A DNA stretch of 64,000 bases, taken from contig JANPLN010000065.1 of assembly GCA_031426555.1 (NCBI GenBank), positions 1-64,000 of the forward strand, written 5' to 3'. Positions within the stretch are counted from its first letter, which is position 1. Each line of letters begins with the position of its first letter. The position numbers and the translations under genes were made by a program. The DNA is from Bdellovibrionales bacterium. GTDB lineage: Bacteria; Bdellovibrionota; Bdellovibrionia; Bdellovibrionales; JAGQZY01. Of the stretch, positions 1 through 10,170 are shown piece after piece. Below the pieces are notes generated by a model. That model saw nothing but the letters and a program-made list of their open reading frames with translations. It did no database searches and had not been told where the DNA came from.

Positions 1-43
1 CCCCGCCACCCCCCTAAAACCCCAATAAAAAAAACAGCAATAA

Positions 44-83
44 AAAAGGTACGCCGTTCCGCTTGCGGTACGCCGTACCTTTT
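44..83. repeat. Short GTAC-containing palindrome (REP-like or terminator-like)
   Basis: AAAAGGTACG (44-53) pairs with CGTACCTTTT (74-83). Confidence 0.55.
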
Positions 84-199
84 GGTTGAGAGTTGCGTCA
101 TAGAATTTGTAAAAAATTTAAATTGCGTGGACCTGTGGGCCCTCTGTTGTGCTTTGAAGTGAGTTCGTCAAGAATCCGTCCGGGGTATTTGGGGGAATC

Positions 200-1207
200 A
201 TGGTACGTTTTTCGTTTTTTTTAGTTTTAATATTTCAGGTCGGCATTCAATCCACGGCGCAGGCAATTATTTTTGGCTCCGACAATCGAGTTGATGTGAT
301 TCGCGATGCTTACAAAAACAAATTTTTGGCGCCAGCAATCGCGATGTCGTTTGGGCAACCGTATGCGCTGCCGCAAAAAAATTTGGAGCTGTTTAACTTG
401 GATTTTTATCCAGCGACGGAATCCTACAGTCTTGGTCTTTGTGCGGAAGAAAAGTTTTCTAAGCAGTATGCGAACTGGCTTAACTGCACCGGGTTTTTAG
501 TGGCCGAGGATGTGATGGTCACCGCCGGACATTGTTTGATCTTTAACCATAGCGGTGTAGAGCCTGCTCTGGTTGAAGACGGCATGACCACCATGTGCTC
601 CGATTTTGATTGGCTGTTTGATTATACCGCAAAAGGCAATGGACAGGTTTCAATTAGCAACTACGCGGAAACACAAACCGCTCGCTGCGCCAAAGTGTTG
701 CACGCCGAAATCACTCCTGATGTTGTGGAAAAAAATGGTAAAATTGTCGGTGAGTACGGTCTTGATTTTTCGATTATAAAATTGGATCGGCCCTTCCCCA
801 ATCGCAGTGTTCTTAAGTTTGCTAAAACTTCTGTAAATCAAAATCAGCGTGTTTTTGCTTTAACCTATCCCTCGGGTCTTCCGATGAAAGTGGCCTACAA
901 TGCTCGCGTGTTGGAAAGTCATTTTGAAAATTTCTTTACGACTAATTTAGATATTTCTAGCGGAAGCAGTGGCGGCCCCGTTTTCAATATGCAAAACGAA
1001 GTGGTGGGGATCGTGGTTCGCGCTAGCCCCGGCGAAGACTACATTTGGAACGAAAAACGCGAATGCTCAGTGTCTTACGTTTGTAAAGAGCTCGGCGAAG
1101 GCGATTGTTCGCTGGACGACATGCCCGGCGCTTACCCTCTGGGAACTCACGTTCACAAAATCGAACCCATCGTAAAAAAACTCCGCGAACTAAAAATCAT
1201 CGAATAA
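200..1207 (+). CDS. Secreted trypsin-like (S1) serine protease
   Basis: Signal peptide; TAGHC (His), DFSII (Asp), SGSSGGPV (Ser) motifs. Confidence 0.88.
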   Translation: MVRFSFFLVLIFQVGIQSTAQAIIFGSDNRVDVIRDAYKNKFLAPAIAMSFGQPYALPQKNLELFNLDFYPATESYSLGLCAEEKFSKQYANWLNCTGFLVAEDVMVTAGHCLIFNHSGVEPALVEDGMTTMCSDFDWLFDYTAKGNGQVSISNYAETQTARCAKVLHAEITPDVVEKNGKIVGEYGLDFSIIKLDRPFPNRSVLKFAKTSVNQNQRVFALTYPSGLPMKVAYNARVLESHFENFFTTNLDISSGSSGGPVFNMQNEVVGIVVRASPGEDYIWNEKRECSVSYVCKELGEGDCSLDDMPGAYPLGTHVHKIEPIVKKLRELKIIE

Positions 1208-1220
1208 GTACGTTCCTACG

Positions 1221-1382
1221 TTTTGGGACTCATTGCATAAAAACCTCCCATTTTTTTAAAGAGTTTCTTTTTAAGACGCGCCCATCCTGGGCTCGCTTGC
1301 CGGACGAAACATCCTGTTTGCAAGAGGTCTTAAAAAGAACTCTTTAAAAAAATGGGAGGTTTTTATGCAATGAGTCCCAAAA
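1221..1382 (+). repeat. Fold-back element copy 1 (arm type A)
   Basis: Arms 1221-1277 and 1327-1382 complementary except one bulged T; core 1278-1326 shared with four other copies. Confidence 0.95.
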
Positions 1383-1438
1383 GTGAAAACGTCTTTTATA
1401 TAGCTGAGGTTTTCTCTCGATTGGCTTATGTTGAACCC

Positions 1439-2671
1439 ATGCAGGAATTGAATTCGGATCAGCAGAGTGCTCTTGAGCTTTTAAAAGGCAAAGAAAATAT
1501 TTTTCTTACCGGCGCTGCTGGCAGCGGAAAAAGTTTTCTCCTCAAAGAATATCTGAAGGGCAAAGACATTCCCATTCTCGCAAGCACTGGTGCCGCTGCG
1601 ATTTTGGTTGGTGGTCGAACGTTTCATAGTTTTTTTGGTTTGGGGATTATGGAAGGTGGTGTTGAAGCCACCGTGAAGCGCGCGAGTAAAAATAAAAAAT
1701 TAATGAAACGCATTCGGCAATATTCGGAAATCGTTATCGACGAAGTGTCCATGTTATCGGGACCCACGTTGCGTGCCGCGGAGCTGATTGCTAAACACGC
1801 TCTCAGCAGTCTTGCGCCGTGGGGCGGACTGCGCGTGATTGTGGTGGGCGACTTTTCGCAACTGCCACCGGTAAACCCCTTCAGCCGACAAAAAGAATGG
1901 GCCTTTCAAGATCCTGTGTGGGAAGAAAGTCGTTTCACTCCGGTGATTTTAAAAAAAATCATGCGCTCGTCGGATGTTGAATTTTTAGAAATTTTGCGAC
2001 GAATTCGCCACGGAGTGCTCGACGACAGCGTCACGGAATTTTTGGACTCAAGGGTCAAAGTGAAACCCACCGGAGATTTTACACGACTGTTTCCCCATCG
2101 TGCCGATGTAGACACCTACAATTTTCAGCAACTGCAGGAGATTGACCATGAAGTGCATACGTTCACGACGGTTTACTCGGGCAAAGAGGCGGACATCGAG
2201 CGCTTTCGCAAACATTCGCCCATTGCGGACGTGATCCATCTTAAAAAAGACGCGTTGGTGATGATTCGCCAAAACGATCCCGTAGGGCGTTGGGTGAATG
2301 GGTCTTTGGGACGAATTCAAAAAATTTCCGATGAAAGTTTAAAAATCAAATTAGACGGTGGGCGAACTATTGATCTTGAGAAAGCTGAATTCACGCTGCT
2401 CGATGCCGACGGCAATCCCGCAGTGAGTGCGACAAACTTTCCGATCACTTTGGCTTGGGCCATGACGATTCACAAAGCCCAAGGGGCAACGCTGGATCAA
2501 ATGCATGTGGATTTGCGAAAGATCTGGGAGCCCGGGCAAACCTATGTAGCTCTCAGCCGAGTGCGCAGTCCTCAGGGCTTATTTATCGAGGGTTGGAGTA
2601 AGAGCGCCATCTTCAGCGACCGTGATGTTTTCGCATTTCACAAATCTTTGGTTACGACTACGGACGTGTAA
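1439..2671 (+). CDS. PIF1-family (SF1B) DNA helicase
   Basis: GAAGSGKS Walker A, IDEVSM, GDFSQLPPV, TIHKAQG, YVALSR; start moved to 1439 because the track ATG at 1352 lies in the repeat arm. Confidence 0.9.
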   Translation: MQELNSDQQSALELLKGKENIFLTGAAGSGKSFLLKEYLKGKDIPILASTGAAAILVGGRTFHSFFGLGIMEGGVEATVKRASKNKKLMKRIRQYSEIVIDEVSMLSGPTLRAAELIAKHALSSLAPWGGLRVIVVGDFSQLPPVNPFSRQKEWAFQDPVWEESRFTPVILKKIMRSSDVEFLEILRRIRHGVLDDSVTEFLDSRVKVKPTGDFTRLFPHRADVDTYNFQQLQEIDHEVHTFTTVYSGKEADIERFRKHSPIADVIHLKKDALVMIRQNDPVGRWVNGSLGRIQKISDESLKIKLDGGRTIDLEKAEFTLLDADGNPAVSATNFPITLAWAMTIHKAQGATLDQMHVDLRKIWEPGQTYVALSRVRSPQGLFIEGWSKSAIFSDRDVFAFHKSLVTTTDV

Positions 2672-3221
2672 ATAAAAGTTCAAAAGGTCTGCGGTGAATT
2701 GTGTAAGGAATATCCCCGAATTCACTTTCTTGAGCTGTAATGAACTCGTACGATGCCAACATATTAAAACCATAACGAGCGGCCAGTCGGCCCGACCACG
2801 TGTTAAAAGCGGCATCTTCAATACTCATACGGTTTCTGAGGTTTGCGTGAAATTGGCTAAAATTAGTTCCACCACTCCAAACATCTCGTATGGCCGTTAT
2901 GTTTTGTACTCCAAAATGTTGAATCATCTGTGAGTAAAGGTCTCCGCCATGCATGTGACTTCGGATTCCAAGTCTTGTGTTTACAAGCTCCGCATCCAAG
3001 AAGAGCGTTCCGTCATTTTCCAGTTCGGCGACAAATTTAAAACCGTAGGTTTTATCCGTGAACGAAAACTTGTGACCCAGTTTTACTAAATACTCTTTTT
3101 CACTCTGAACAGTTTTATAAACATTCAAAAATTCAAAACACTGCATCCGTGCGTCAGCGGAGCCAGTTATGAGGAGTGAAACGAGTAGAACGCAAATTCT
3201 CATTGTGTAGTTTACCTTCAA
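2658..3221 (-). CDS. Small secreted protein, possibly polymorphic-toxin-like domain
   Basis: Signal peptide ending ADA; C-terminal HFG...W..GTN...AAFNTWSGRLAARYGF pattern. Confidence 0.6.
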   Translation of the reverse strand: MKVNYTMRICVLLVSLLITGSADARMQCFEFLNVYKTVQSEKEYLVKLGHKFSFTDKTYGFKFVAELENDGTLFLDAELVNTRLGIRSHMHGGDLYSQMIQHFGVQNITAIRDVWSGGTNFSQFHANLRNRMSIEDAAFNTWSGRLAARYGFNMLASYEFITAQESEFGDIPYTIHRRPFELLFTRP

Positions 3222-3333
3222 AGCTAAAACGGAGGTTAGGTTGAGTTTTGTAGCTTATCGGGATATGGATTGTCTACTTTTTTGACAGTGAAAACTTTGC
3301 TTTATGGCGCATATATTGCTCTTTAGTAGCATT

Positions 3334-6300
3334 ATGAAAAACAATCTTTTAAACGCCTTTTGGGTACTTATAGCTTATACAACTATCAACGTTTTGGTCA
3401 GCCAGCAGGCTCTTGCACTTGAGCCGCACTGCAAGCTTTATACGGACGCTCCCTTAAGCCAAGATCAGACCCAGTACTTTGAAAGCCAACTTGGCTATTC
3501 ACTTCAAAAGGTACCAACTAGCACGATCACCAACCATGAGACGTTGGCTCCGCTATTAACCGATTCGTCGTTTGTGCTGACCCAATCTCGTACAAAAAAT
3601 AAATTCGTACTTTTTATGAGTATCACACAAGGGAAGTATAATTCTAAGGGGTGGATCCCCTTGGAGGTCCCCGTTCAAGCAGATCTAGCTAAAAACTCCA
3701 ATTTAAGCTGTCGCTTGATGGCCGAATATGTTCCGTACAATCGCAAATCCCGTGAGAGCGTGGTTTATATGATGAGGCACGCTTTGAGTTTAAAAATGAA
3801 TCCGGAAATCACATTTGGCCAAAGTTTGATACAACTCGAGCATCACTACTTGATCTCTCGAGGAGAAAAGGCTCCGGACTTAGAAAAAATAAATGCAAAA
3901 TATGTTCAGATTCTGCAATACATTAAAGATCTTCGCATTGAAAATAAGGATGTGATTGCATCATGGCCTAAAGTGTACCAGGCCATCTATTCTCCGCAAA
4001 ACTTCAATATCGATTACTGTCGCCGCGACACCCTTTTGATTTCTGCACTTGATAAAAAGTGTACGAATTGTGTGGGTTTTGCCTCTCTATTTATTTCACT
4101 CTTTATAGATTCTGGGTTTCAACCACCCAAAGGCTGGATTTTGGGGTTAGAACTCCTTAGAGATCACATTAAACCGGTGCTTTATTCAAAAAAGAACAAC
4201 AAAGTTTATGATCTATCCAGCGGCGAGTTTGCCAAGCCGGTGGGTGCCATTTACCCGACAAGCGCGCTCAGTCGCCCGGCTGTGGTTGGCTTTGATCGTT
4301 TGGTCGTCCGCGAAGAGAAAAAAACATTAGCAAAAAACGGAACACAGCAACTCTACGCGCCTTTACTATGCGTTACTAAACCATTGGATTTAGGCTACCG
4401 CACCCGCCTCCAACTTTTTAATTGGGGAAGTTACAAGTTTTGTGGCCGTTATTCAATGGACTCTCCCCCAGAGCACGAAAATTTAGATGCCGTTGCCGAT
4501 TTGGGAAACCGAGAGAGAGTGAGTGGTCAATTGCCAGCTAAAGATCAAGCGCAGGTGAGTGACCAAACGCAAGCTAACGAAGAAGCGCGATCCAGCGATC
4601 AAACGCAATCTGGCGAGCGAGCGTCGGGAATTCCGTCGCAAAATTCGCCAGGAGGGAGCTTTTTTAGTGGATTCGCAAGCTGGTTTACAGGAACCGGACT
4701 CTACAGTGCAAAGGCTATTGATTATAAACAGAAAATATTAGACAAAGCCGAATATCTGTCGAAGAGTGAAAAATCTGAAGTCGAAAGATTTTCGCGCGAG
4801 TCCCATAGTTCTTTCTTTGCCAACTATAAACTCACCGATTTTTTTAAAGAAATAGGGAAAGAGTCAGATCTAATCACAAAGAAAATGCAAGATGCAGACT
4901 TTGCAAAACAAATCGAAGAAATTTATTTATTCCCAGCTCCTTTGTTTGAAGTTTCAAGCGGACCAGGTTGTGATATCTTTCTTGAAAGCGGTTGGGGAGC
5001 TATTGATATTGAGAAGACTCTGTATCCATCTGCTGCCGGTTTACATTCGTTAGATAGATATGCGCTGATTTCGAAGCACTTCAAAGATAAACTGCAAAAA
5101 AGCAGGCGCGAGCTTCCGTTTACGTCGAAAACCGATTTGCCATCGATCATACCATTTTTGTCTAATCCACAAACTACGGAGAAGTGGAGAAACTATTTTA
5201 AAACCATGTCTTGTAATGCCGATTTCCAAAGAACATTACCGACACGGCTTTTTTATCGAAACTTTAAGCCCTTGCCTGAGGAGTTGAACAATAAAATCAT
5301 GTCGCTTCTTTTAGATCAAGACGATTTGCTTGAGAAAGAAGTGGAGACGTTTTCGCAAAAAATAAAAAACTTGTTTCTTACAAATCCTCTGCTTGTCTTG
5401 TCAGAGATCGATAAGACAGCAGCAAATTCGCAAAACTTGGCAAGATCGGTAACTCTAGTTCTCGGCGTGGGTGAGAAGCAGCAGCACATACGTTCGGTTT
5501 TAACCCAGACGGAACCGCGTGGTAAAAGTTCGATACAACAAACGAAACTAGAATTTCTCGATTCGGTTTTTTGGCATGAGAAGTATTATTTTACCGTGAC
5601 CCCTGACGAATCTGAAAAAATTTATCAAAACACGACTGTTTTAAAAATCGCGGATTTAAAGGTGGTTGCATCGCCCACAACGCTACCTTATGTTCAACTC
5701 CCCAAATTACCTTTGGATTGGTGCAAAAATAATGCGACTGGGTACGTGGGAGGCAAAGGGCTTTATGTGGATTGCGGGAACCGCACTGGCGAGGGCTCGC
5801 AAACGAAGATTTCGAATAAAACAACAGGCGCCTCGTCTCAGAAAGAATCCATCGGTCAGGGGCTTGAAACACAAGCGGGCCTCGAAAAGGGGACGGCAGA
5901 GTCTACAGATCCAATCATCACTTCTATTGATTTAACGGGTCAGGCGCCTGCAAATCAAAACACGCAGACTCTCTTGAAGGATCCTCGTATCGAAGTGCAA
6001 CTAAAGCCAAGAACATTTGAGTACTTATATTATTTGAGTGCGCGGAACGATGAATTTCCTGCGTCGATCAAGCTAGGTTTATTCCACTCATACAGAAATG
6101 GTTTAGAGACACTTTTTCAGAAGTATTTTAAAGGCGGAATCTACTTTTATGTTAACGAGTATTCACCACACAGTGTTGTGGTAAAATCCTCTGAATTGCT
6201 TAAAAAATTAAAACAATCCAGTCAATGTTTCCTTCCAGGGTTGCTAAAGCTCAAGGTGTTTCGCCTCTACGAAGATGAAGCCTGTCGAAAAGCGTTCATA

Positions 6301-6699
6301 AAACAGATTTTTCAAAATAAAATAAAGCCCCGTTGGACGCATTTACCGGCGATTTATCAACAAAACGATTCTACGCGTGTGGCTTTTGATCGGTTGCTAA
6401 AAAATACAAATACGAAATTTGAATTATTGGATGGAATAGCCCAGCAGGAACTCAAAAAAGAGTTTTCTATTTCGAAACCTCGCCAATCCTTATTTTTTTG
6501 GGAACTCACCTTGAATTCAGAGACCATCTTTCAGGTCATGTATGGCAAGCCTACCCGAGCAGGGCATGGGGACTACGTTGATTACTTCTTTCAATCGGAA
6601 GCGATCACTCAATCCGTCAGTGAGAATCATCTGAATGAGCTTTCGGAAATCTATAAGTCAGAACACCTAGGAATGGGAGATTTGTATTTTGATTTTTAG
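3334..6699 (+). CDS. Large secreted protein with putative transglutaminase/papain-like Cys-His-Asp domain
   Basis: Signal peptide ending ALA; TNCVG...RDHIKPV...VYDLS; track start 3304, likely start 3334. Confidence 0.65.
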   Translation: MKNNLLNAFWVLIAYTTINVLVSQQALALEPHCKLYTDAPLSQDQTQYFESQLGYSLQKVPTSTITNHETLAPLLTDSSFVLTQSRTKNKFVLFMSITQGKYNSKGWIPLEVPVQADLAKNSNLSCRLMAEYVPYNRKSRESVVYMMRHALSLKMNPEITFGQSLIQLEHHYLISRGEKAPDLEKINAKYVQILQYIKDLRIENKDVIASWPKVYQAIYSPQNFNIDYCRRDTLLISALDKKCTNCVGFASLFISLFIDSGFQPPKGWILGLELLRDHIKPVLYSKKNNKVYDLSSGEFAKPVGAIYPTSALSRPAVVGFDRLVVREEKKTLAKNGTQQLYAPLLCVTKPLDLGYRTRLQLFNWGSYKFCGRYSMDSPPEHENLDAVADLGNRERVSGQLPAKDQAQVSDQTQANEEARSSDQTQSGERASGIPSQNSPGGSFFSGFASWFTGTGLYSAKAIDYKQKILDKAEYLSKSEKSEVERFSRESHSSFFANYKLTDFFKEIGKESDLITKKMQDADFAKQIEEIYLFPAPLFEVSSGPGCDIFLESGWGAIDIEKTLYPSAAGLHSLDRYALISKHFKDKLQKSRRELPFTSKTDLPSIIPFLSNPQTTEKWRNYFKTMSCNADFQRTLPTRLFYRNFKPLPEELNNKIMSLLLDQDDLLEKEVETFSQKIKNLFLTNPLLVLSEIDKTAANSQNLARSVTLVLGVGEKQQHIRSVLTQTEPRGKSSIQQTKLEFLDSVFWHEKYYFTVTPDESEKIYQNTTVLKIADLKVVASPTTLPYVQLPKLPLDWCKNNATGYVGGKGLYVDCGNRTGEGSQTKISNKTTGASSQKESIGQGLETQAGLEKGTAESTDPIITSIDLTGQAPANQNTQTLLKDPRIEVQLKPRTFEYLYYLSARNDEFPASIKLGLFHSYRNGLETLFQKYFKGGIYFYVNEYSPHSVVVKSSELLKKLKQSSQCFLPGLLKLKVFRLYEDEACRKAFIKQIFQNKIKPRWTHLPAIYQQNDSTRVAFDRLLKNTNTKFELLDGIAQQELKKEFSISKPRQSLFFWELTLNSETIFQVMYGKPTRAGHGDYVDYFFQSEAITQSVSENHLNELSEIYKSEHLGMGDLYFDF

Positions 6700-6717
6700 A
6701 GCGGTGAAGTGGCTGCT

Positions 6718-7269
6718 CTATTTTTTAGGAATCTGACTTTTTGTCGCAGCCGCTACCGAGGCACCGTGCATCTTAAGAGCTTCGGTGCACTTCATCAGTA
6801 AAAGCTCTTTTTCGTTGAGCATCTTTTGCATGGACGACATGCGGTTTTCAAAATTGCGAAGTGCGACCGACTGGCGTTCGATCAAACCTTCCACTTTCGC
6901 TTCTTCAAACCCCTGAGCTTGTATTTTTTCGCGAACTCCGCGCATTTTATCTTCGGTGTCGCGCGCTTGGGCGTGAACCGATTTTTCCACCCGCGATAAG
7001 GCCTGTGACAGGCGATCGAAGCGCTGATCGAAGGAATGTACAAAATCTGTCAGTTGGTTTTTAAAAACTTCCATTTGATTGTCATAATTGCGAAGTTTGG
7101 CCTTAATGCCCTGGACCTCTTCGTTAATTCGTTGAACTTCCATGTGAGACGACGGGGAGAGCCCCGAATGCCCAGAACCGTGAGTGGGCGAGGCAAAGGA
7201 GCCTGCGCGGTCCGTCGCGGTGTTGTTAGTAACCTCATCAAATAGGCCCGGATTCAGCTTTTTGTGCAC
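6718..7269 (-). CDS. Coiled-coil hypothetical protein
   Basis: 183-aa ORF with heptad-like charged helical sequence. Confidence 0.7.
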   Translation of the reverse strand: MHKKLNPGLFDEVTNNTATDRAGSFASPTHGSGHSGLSPSSHMEVQRINEEVQGIKAKLRNYDNQMEVFKNQLTDFVHSFDQRFDRLSQALSRVEKSVHAQARDTEDKMRGVREKIQAQGFEEAKVEGLIERQSVALRNFENRMSSMQKMLNEKELLLMKCTEALKMHGASVAAATKSQIPKK

Positions 7270-7332
7270 TTTAACCCCTTTGACACCAAATTTTGCTGGA
7301 CGATGTCACCATCCTTTCTTAACCTGAAAGGG

Positions 7333-8325
7333 ATGGATACTGTTCTTCAGCTTGCCAGACATATTTTGCGCTTTCAACCGAACAAAGATGCTGCGCGTCT
7401 TTGTTTCTATCATTTCCTCATCCATCACTGCGAACCTACGGATAAGGTGACTCCCGAGCTGGTTGAAAACTTTAATCGCTTTGTGCTCAGCTTTGAACAC
7501 TGGCGAAAAAATCGGCATCAGCTGGTGCAGGAGATGCAATATTTTTTGCACCATTTCGCCGAAACCTATCAAATCAAATTAGAATTTAAAAATATGGTTT
7601 TGCCAGATCGTTGGCAGGTTGTTGCCATCGACAATCCCATCGATTGTTTAAAAATTCTCGAAAAGAAATTTTCCGATGCGGGAAACAAAAGTCGTTTGAT
7701 CGCCACCACCAACGGAACCTTTATTTTGTTGAGCATGGACGAATCACAGGCCATGACGGTGACCCACCTCAACAACCTCATGCTGATCAATAACATCGGT
7801 GAGCTTGAACCCTTAAATCCTTTGATGAAGATCCACTACACCGCAGACCTCAGTTTACAGTTTCAAAAAGTTCAATACGTGGAAGTGGCTCCCAGTGTGA
7901 CCGCCCGCTTTATGATTTTGGGGCCGGGCATGCATGGCAATCTGATTCGCGGTTACACCTTTCAGAAGGCCGAGGAGTTTAAGGGTGGCAATGTGGCTCA
8001 GTACCCGCAGGTTTACTACGCCATTAAGAGACTGGAACAGTACTTTGTGGATCGCAAAACAGACCCTATGTACCAGGAGCTCACACAGCTTTTAGAAAAA
8101 GCTATAGAACTCGTGAACTTGCGGCACCCCGAAGCGCTCACGTTTGGCCAGGCCGCTCTTGAGAGAGGCGAATCTGCCAAGGAAAATATTTTCCAAAATG
8201 ACAATATGATTCGCCTTTTAACGCAAACTCTGCGATCTTCGCTGCAAAATAATCGCAATCTGATTGTGACATCGGAAAAGCAAAGAGAGATCCCATGGCA
8301 GAAAGATCAACTTCTAATCGAGTAA
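7333..8325 (+). CDS. Hypothetical protein
   Basis: Long ORF overlapping the start of the next gene; likely start MDTVLQ (track start 7264). Confidence 0.7.
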   Translation: MDTVLQLARHILRFQPNKDAARLCFYHFLIHHCEPTDKVTPELVENFNRFVLSFEHWRKNRHQLVQEMQYFLHHFAETYQIKLEFKNMVLPDRWQVVAIDNPIDCLKILEKKFSDAGNKSRLIATTNGTFILLSMDESQAMTVTHLNNLMLINNIGELEPLNPLMKIHYTADLSLQFQKVQYVEVAPSVTARFMILGPGMHGNLIRGYTFQKAEEFKGGNVAQYPQVYYAIKRLEQYFVDRKTDPMYQELTQLLEKAIELVNLRHPEALTFGQAALERGESAKENIFQNDNMIRLLTQTLRSSLQNNRNLIVTSEKQREIPWQKDQLLIE

Positions 8326-9092
8326 GACTCAATAAATATATCGCCGACTGCGGTATCGCCAGCCGCCGTAAAGCCGACGAAATGATCGAAAACGGCGAAA
8401 TCACCATCAATGGGAAAAAAGTTTTTGAATTGGGCATCCGCGTAGATCCTAAGCAAGATCGCATTTTGTTTCGCGGTAAGCCCATTCAGGCGCAAAATCG
8501 CTTCGTGTATTATGCCTTTAACAAGCCCAAAAGCGTGGTCACAACCACCGACGATCCCCATGGTCGTAGAACCGTGATGGACTTTTTTCCAAAAGCCAAG
8601 CTGCGCTTGTTTCCAGTGGGACGTTTGGATTTTGATTCTGAAGGTCTATTAATTATTACCAATGATGGCGAGTTTGCACAAAAAGTGATTCACCCTGATG
8701 AGCACGTGACAAAAACCTACCACGTTAAGCTCAACGGCATTCCCACAGATCCACAGCTGGATAAACTTCGCAGAGGGGTGTCCATCGTCGGTGGAAAAGT
8801 TTCGGCGTTGCACGTAAAGCGGTTGTTAAAAGCCACAGATAAAAAGTCCTGGGTCGAAGTGATGATCGACGAAGGTAAAAACCATCAGGTGAAGCAGATG
8901 TTCACCAAGATTGGTTTTGATGTGGAAAAATTGCGTCGAGTTTCCATCGGCGAATTTCGCATAGGCAGTCTTAAACCGGGCGAACATCGCGAGCTGACTT
9001 TTGAACAAATTCACAAAATCTTTAAAAAGCGCAGCAAAGCCAAAAAAGACGACAAAGAGCCTAAAGATAAAAATGCCGTAAAATTCGTCTAA
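8295..9092 (+). CDS. rluB: rRNA pseudouridine synthase, RsuA/RluB family
   Basis: S4 domain (RLNKYIADCGIASRRKAD), GRLDFDSEGL catalytic Asp motif. Confidence 0.88.
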   Translation: MAERSTSNRVRLNKYIADCGIASRRKADEMIENGEITINGKKVFELGIRVDPKQDRILFRGKPIQAQNRFVYYAFNKPKSVVTTTDDPHGRRTVMDFFPKAKLRLFPVGRLDFDSEGLLIITNDGEFAQKVIHPDEHVTKTYHVKLNGIPTDPQLDKLRRGVSIVGGKVSALHVKRLLKATDKKSWVEVMIDEGKNHQVKQMFTKIGFDVEKLRRVSIGEFRIGSLKPGEHRELTFEQIHKIFKKRSKAKKDDKEPKDKNAVKFV

Positions 9093-9206
9093 TAGGTTTG
9101 TCTAGCAATTCACCGACCAATGTCCGGGAGGCCTGAAACGGTGGCCTGATATTGCCGCTTTATTCCCATAGTTGTAGAATAAGATCCACCCGGGGGATTT
9201 TATTTT

Positions 9207-10148
9207 ATGAAAACGATCAGCATTTTACTTATTGGTTTTTTTATTCCTCTCTTGGCCACAGCCAAAGCACCCAAGACGTTTCGTCCAGTCACCAAACAAG
9301 AATTAAAAATTCTCAACGAAAAGATTAAGAAGCCAGACTTTGTTGTCGAAATGATGAATTCTGTTAAGAGCCGAGGTTCGCAAATCAACATCTTACGTCG
9401 ACATGTTTCTGCCACTGATTTGCGAGCGCTAAAACAACAAGGTGATCTGTTAAGAGTAAATTTGCGGAGTCGTTTCAAAATAAATTTGCATGATGCAAAT
9501 AGTTTTTCTTTTGATGATAAAACTAAAGTTTTTCGATTCTCACAAGACGGAAAAGCAGTGCTACTGGGAACTACCGTTTTTAAAGTCGATCGCACGCAAA
9601 GCTTGCTAACTAACTATAAACTTATCAGCTCTCAGTTAAAGTCCATGGGACGCCTTTCAGCAGGCTGCCAGATTTTTTCGTGCGCCCATGCTGGCTCGAG
9701 TGAAAACTCCATGGCTTACAATCTCACAACTCTTCTTTATTACATGGATATTCACACGGCCGGTGACGGCAGCATTATGTGGGATTATTTTTTAGAAGAA
9801 CCAGCGATTCAAAAAGCTCTCGATGGAGTGACAAAAGCCGGAAAAGCGATTCGCAGTATGACCTGTGAAGGCGAAGACGGTATGACCATCGAATACACCG
9901 ACGGAACGAAATCCTATCTTACGACTAACGGAAAGCGCGGGTCTGAATTCGAAATGACCATTAGCGAAACCCAACAGGCTGGTGGCGCTGAACAAATGGT
10001 GGAAGGTGTCGATTCAGCAACTGCTGGCAGCGGATGGTTTTATTACTGTGGAAAGCTGGACGACAACCAGCGCGAAAGCACAGTCAATTTTTTAAACGGA
10101 AACCTATTAGCACCAAGTCCAATTCTCGACGGCACCGTTGAAAAATAA
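9207..10148 (+). CDS. Secreted hypothetical protein
   Basis: Signal peptide MKTISILLIGFFIPLLATA. Confidence 0.7.
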   Translation: MKTISILLIGFFIPLLATAKAPKTFRPVTKQELKILNEKIKKPDFVVEMMNSVKSRGSQINILRRHVSATDLRALKQQGDLLRVNLRSRFKINLHDANSFSFDDKTKVFRFSQDGKAVLLGTTVFKVDRTQSLLTNYKLISSQLKSMGRLSAGCQIFSCAHAGSSENSMAYNLTTLLYYMDIHTAGDGSIMWDYFLEEPAIQKALDGVTKAGKAIRSMTCEGEDGMTIEYTDGTKSYLTTNGKRGSEFEMTISETQQAGGAEQMVEGVDSATAGSGWFYYCGKLDDNQRESTVNFLNGNLLAPSPILDGTVEK

Positions 10149-10170
10149 TTTTGAAAAACGTGGAGGTTTT

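Noticed and set aside
1352..1438. N-terminal extension of the PIF1 helicase
   Set aside because: The ATG lies in the repeat arm; the same MSPKS peptide appears in a spurious ORF at copy 5.
1221..2671. PIF1 helicase as the mobiliser of the repeat (Helitron-like)
   Set aside because: No HUH/Rep domain, and only one of five copies is adjacent.
3271..3287. TGTCTN-N5-NNGACA-like regulatory palindrome (similar site at 11076-11092)
   Set aside because: Only two imperfect instances; not distinguishable from chance without a genome-wide scan.
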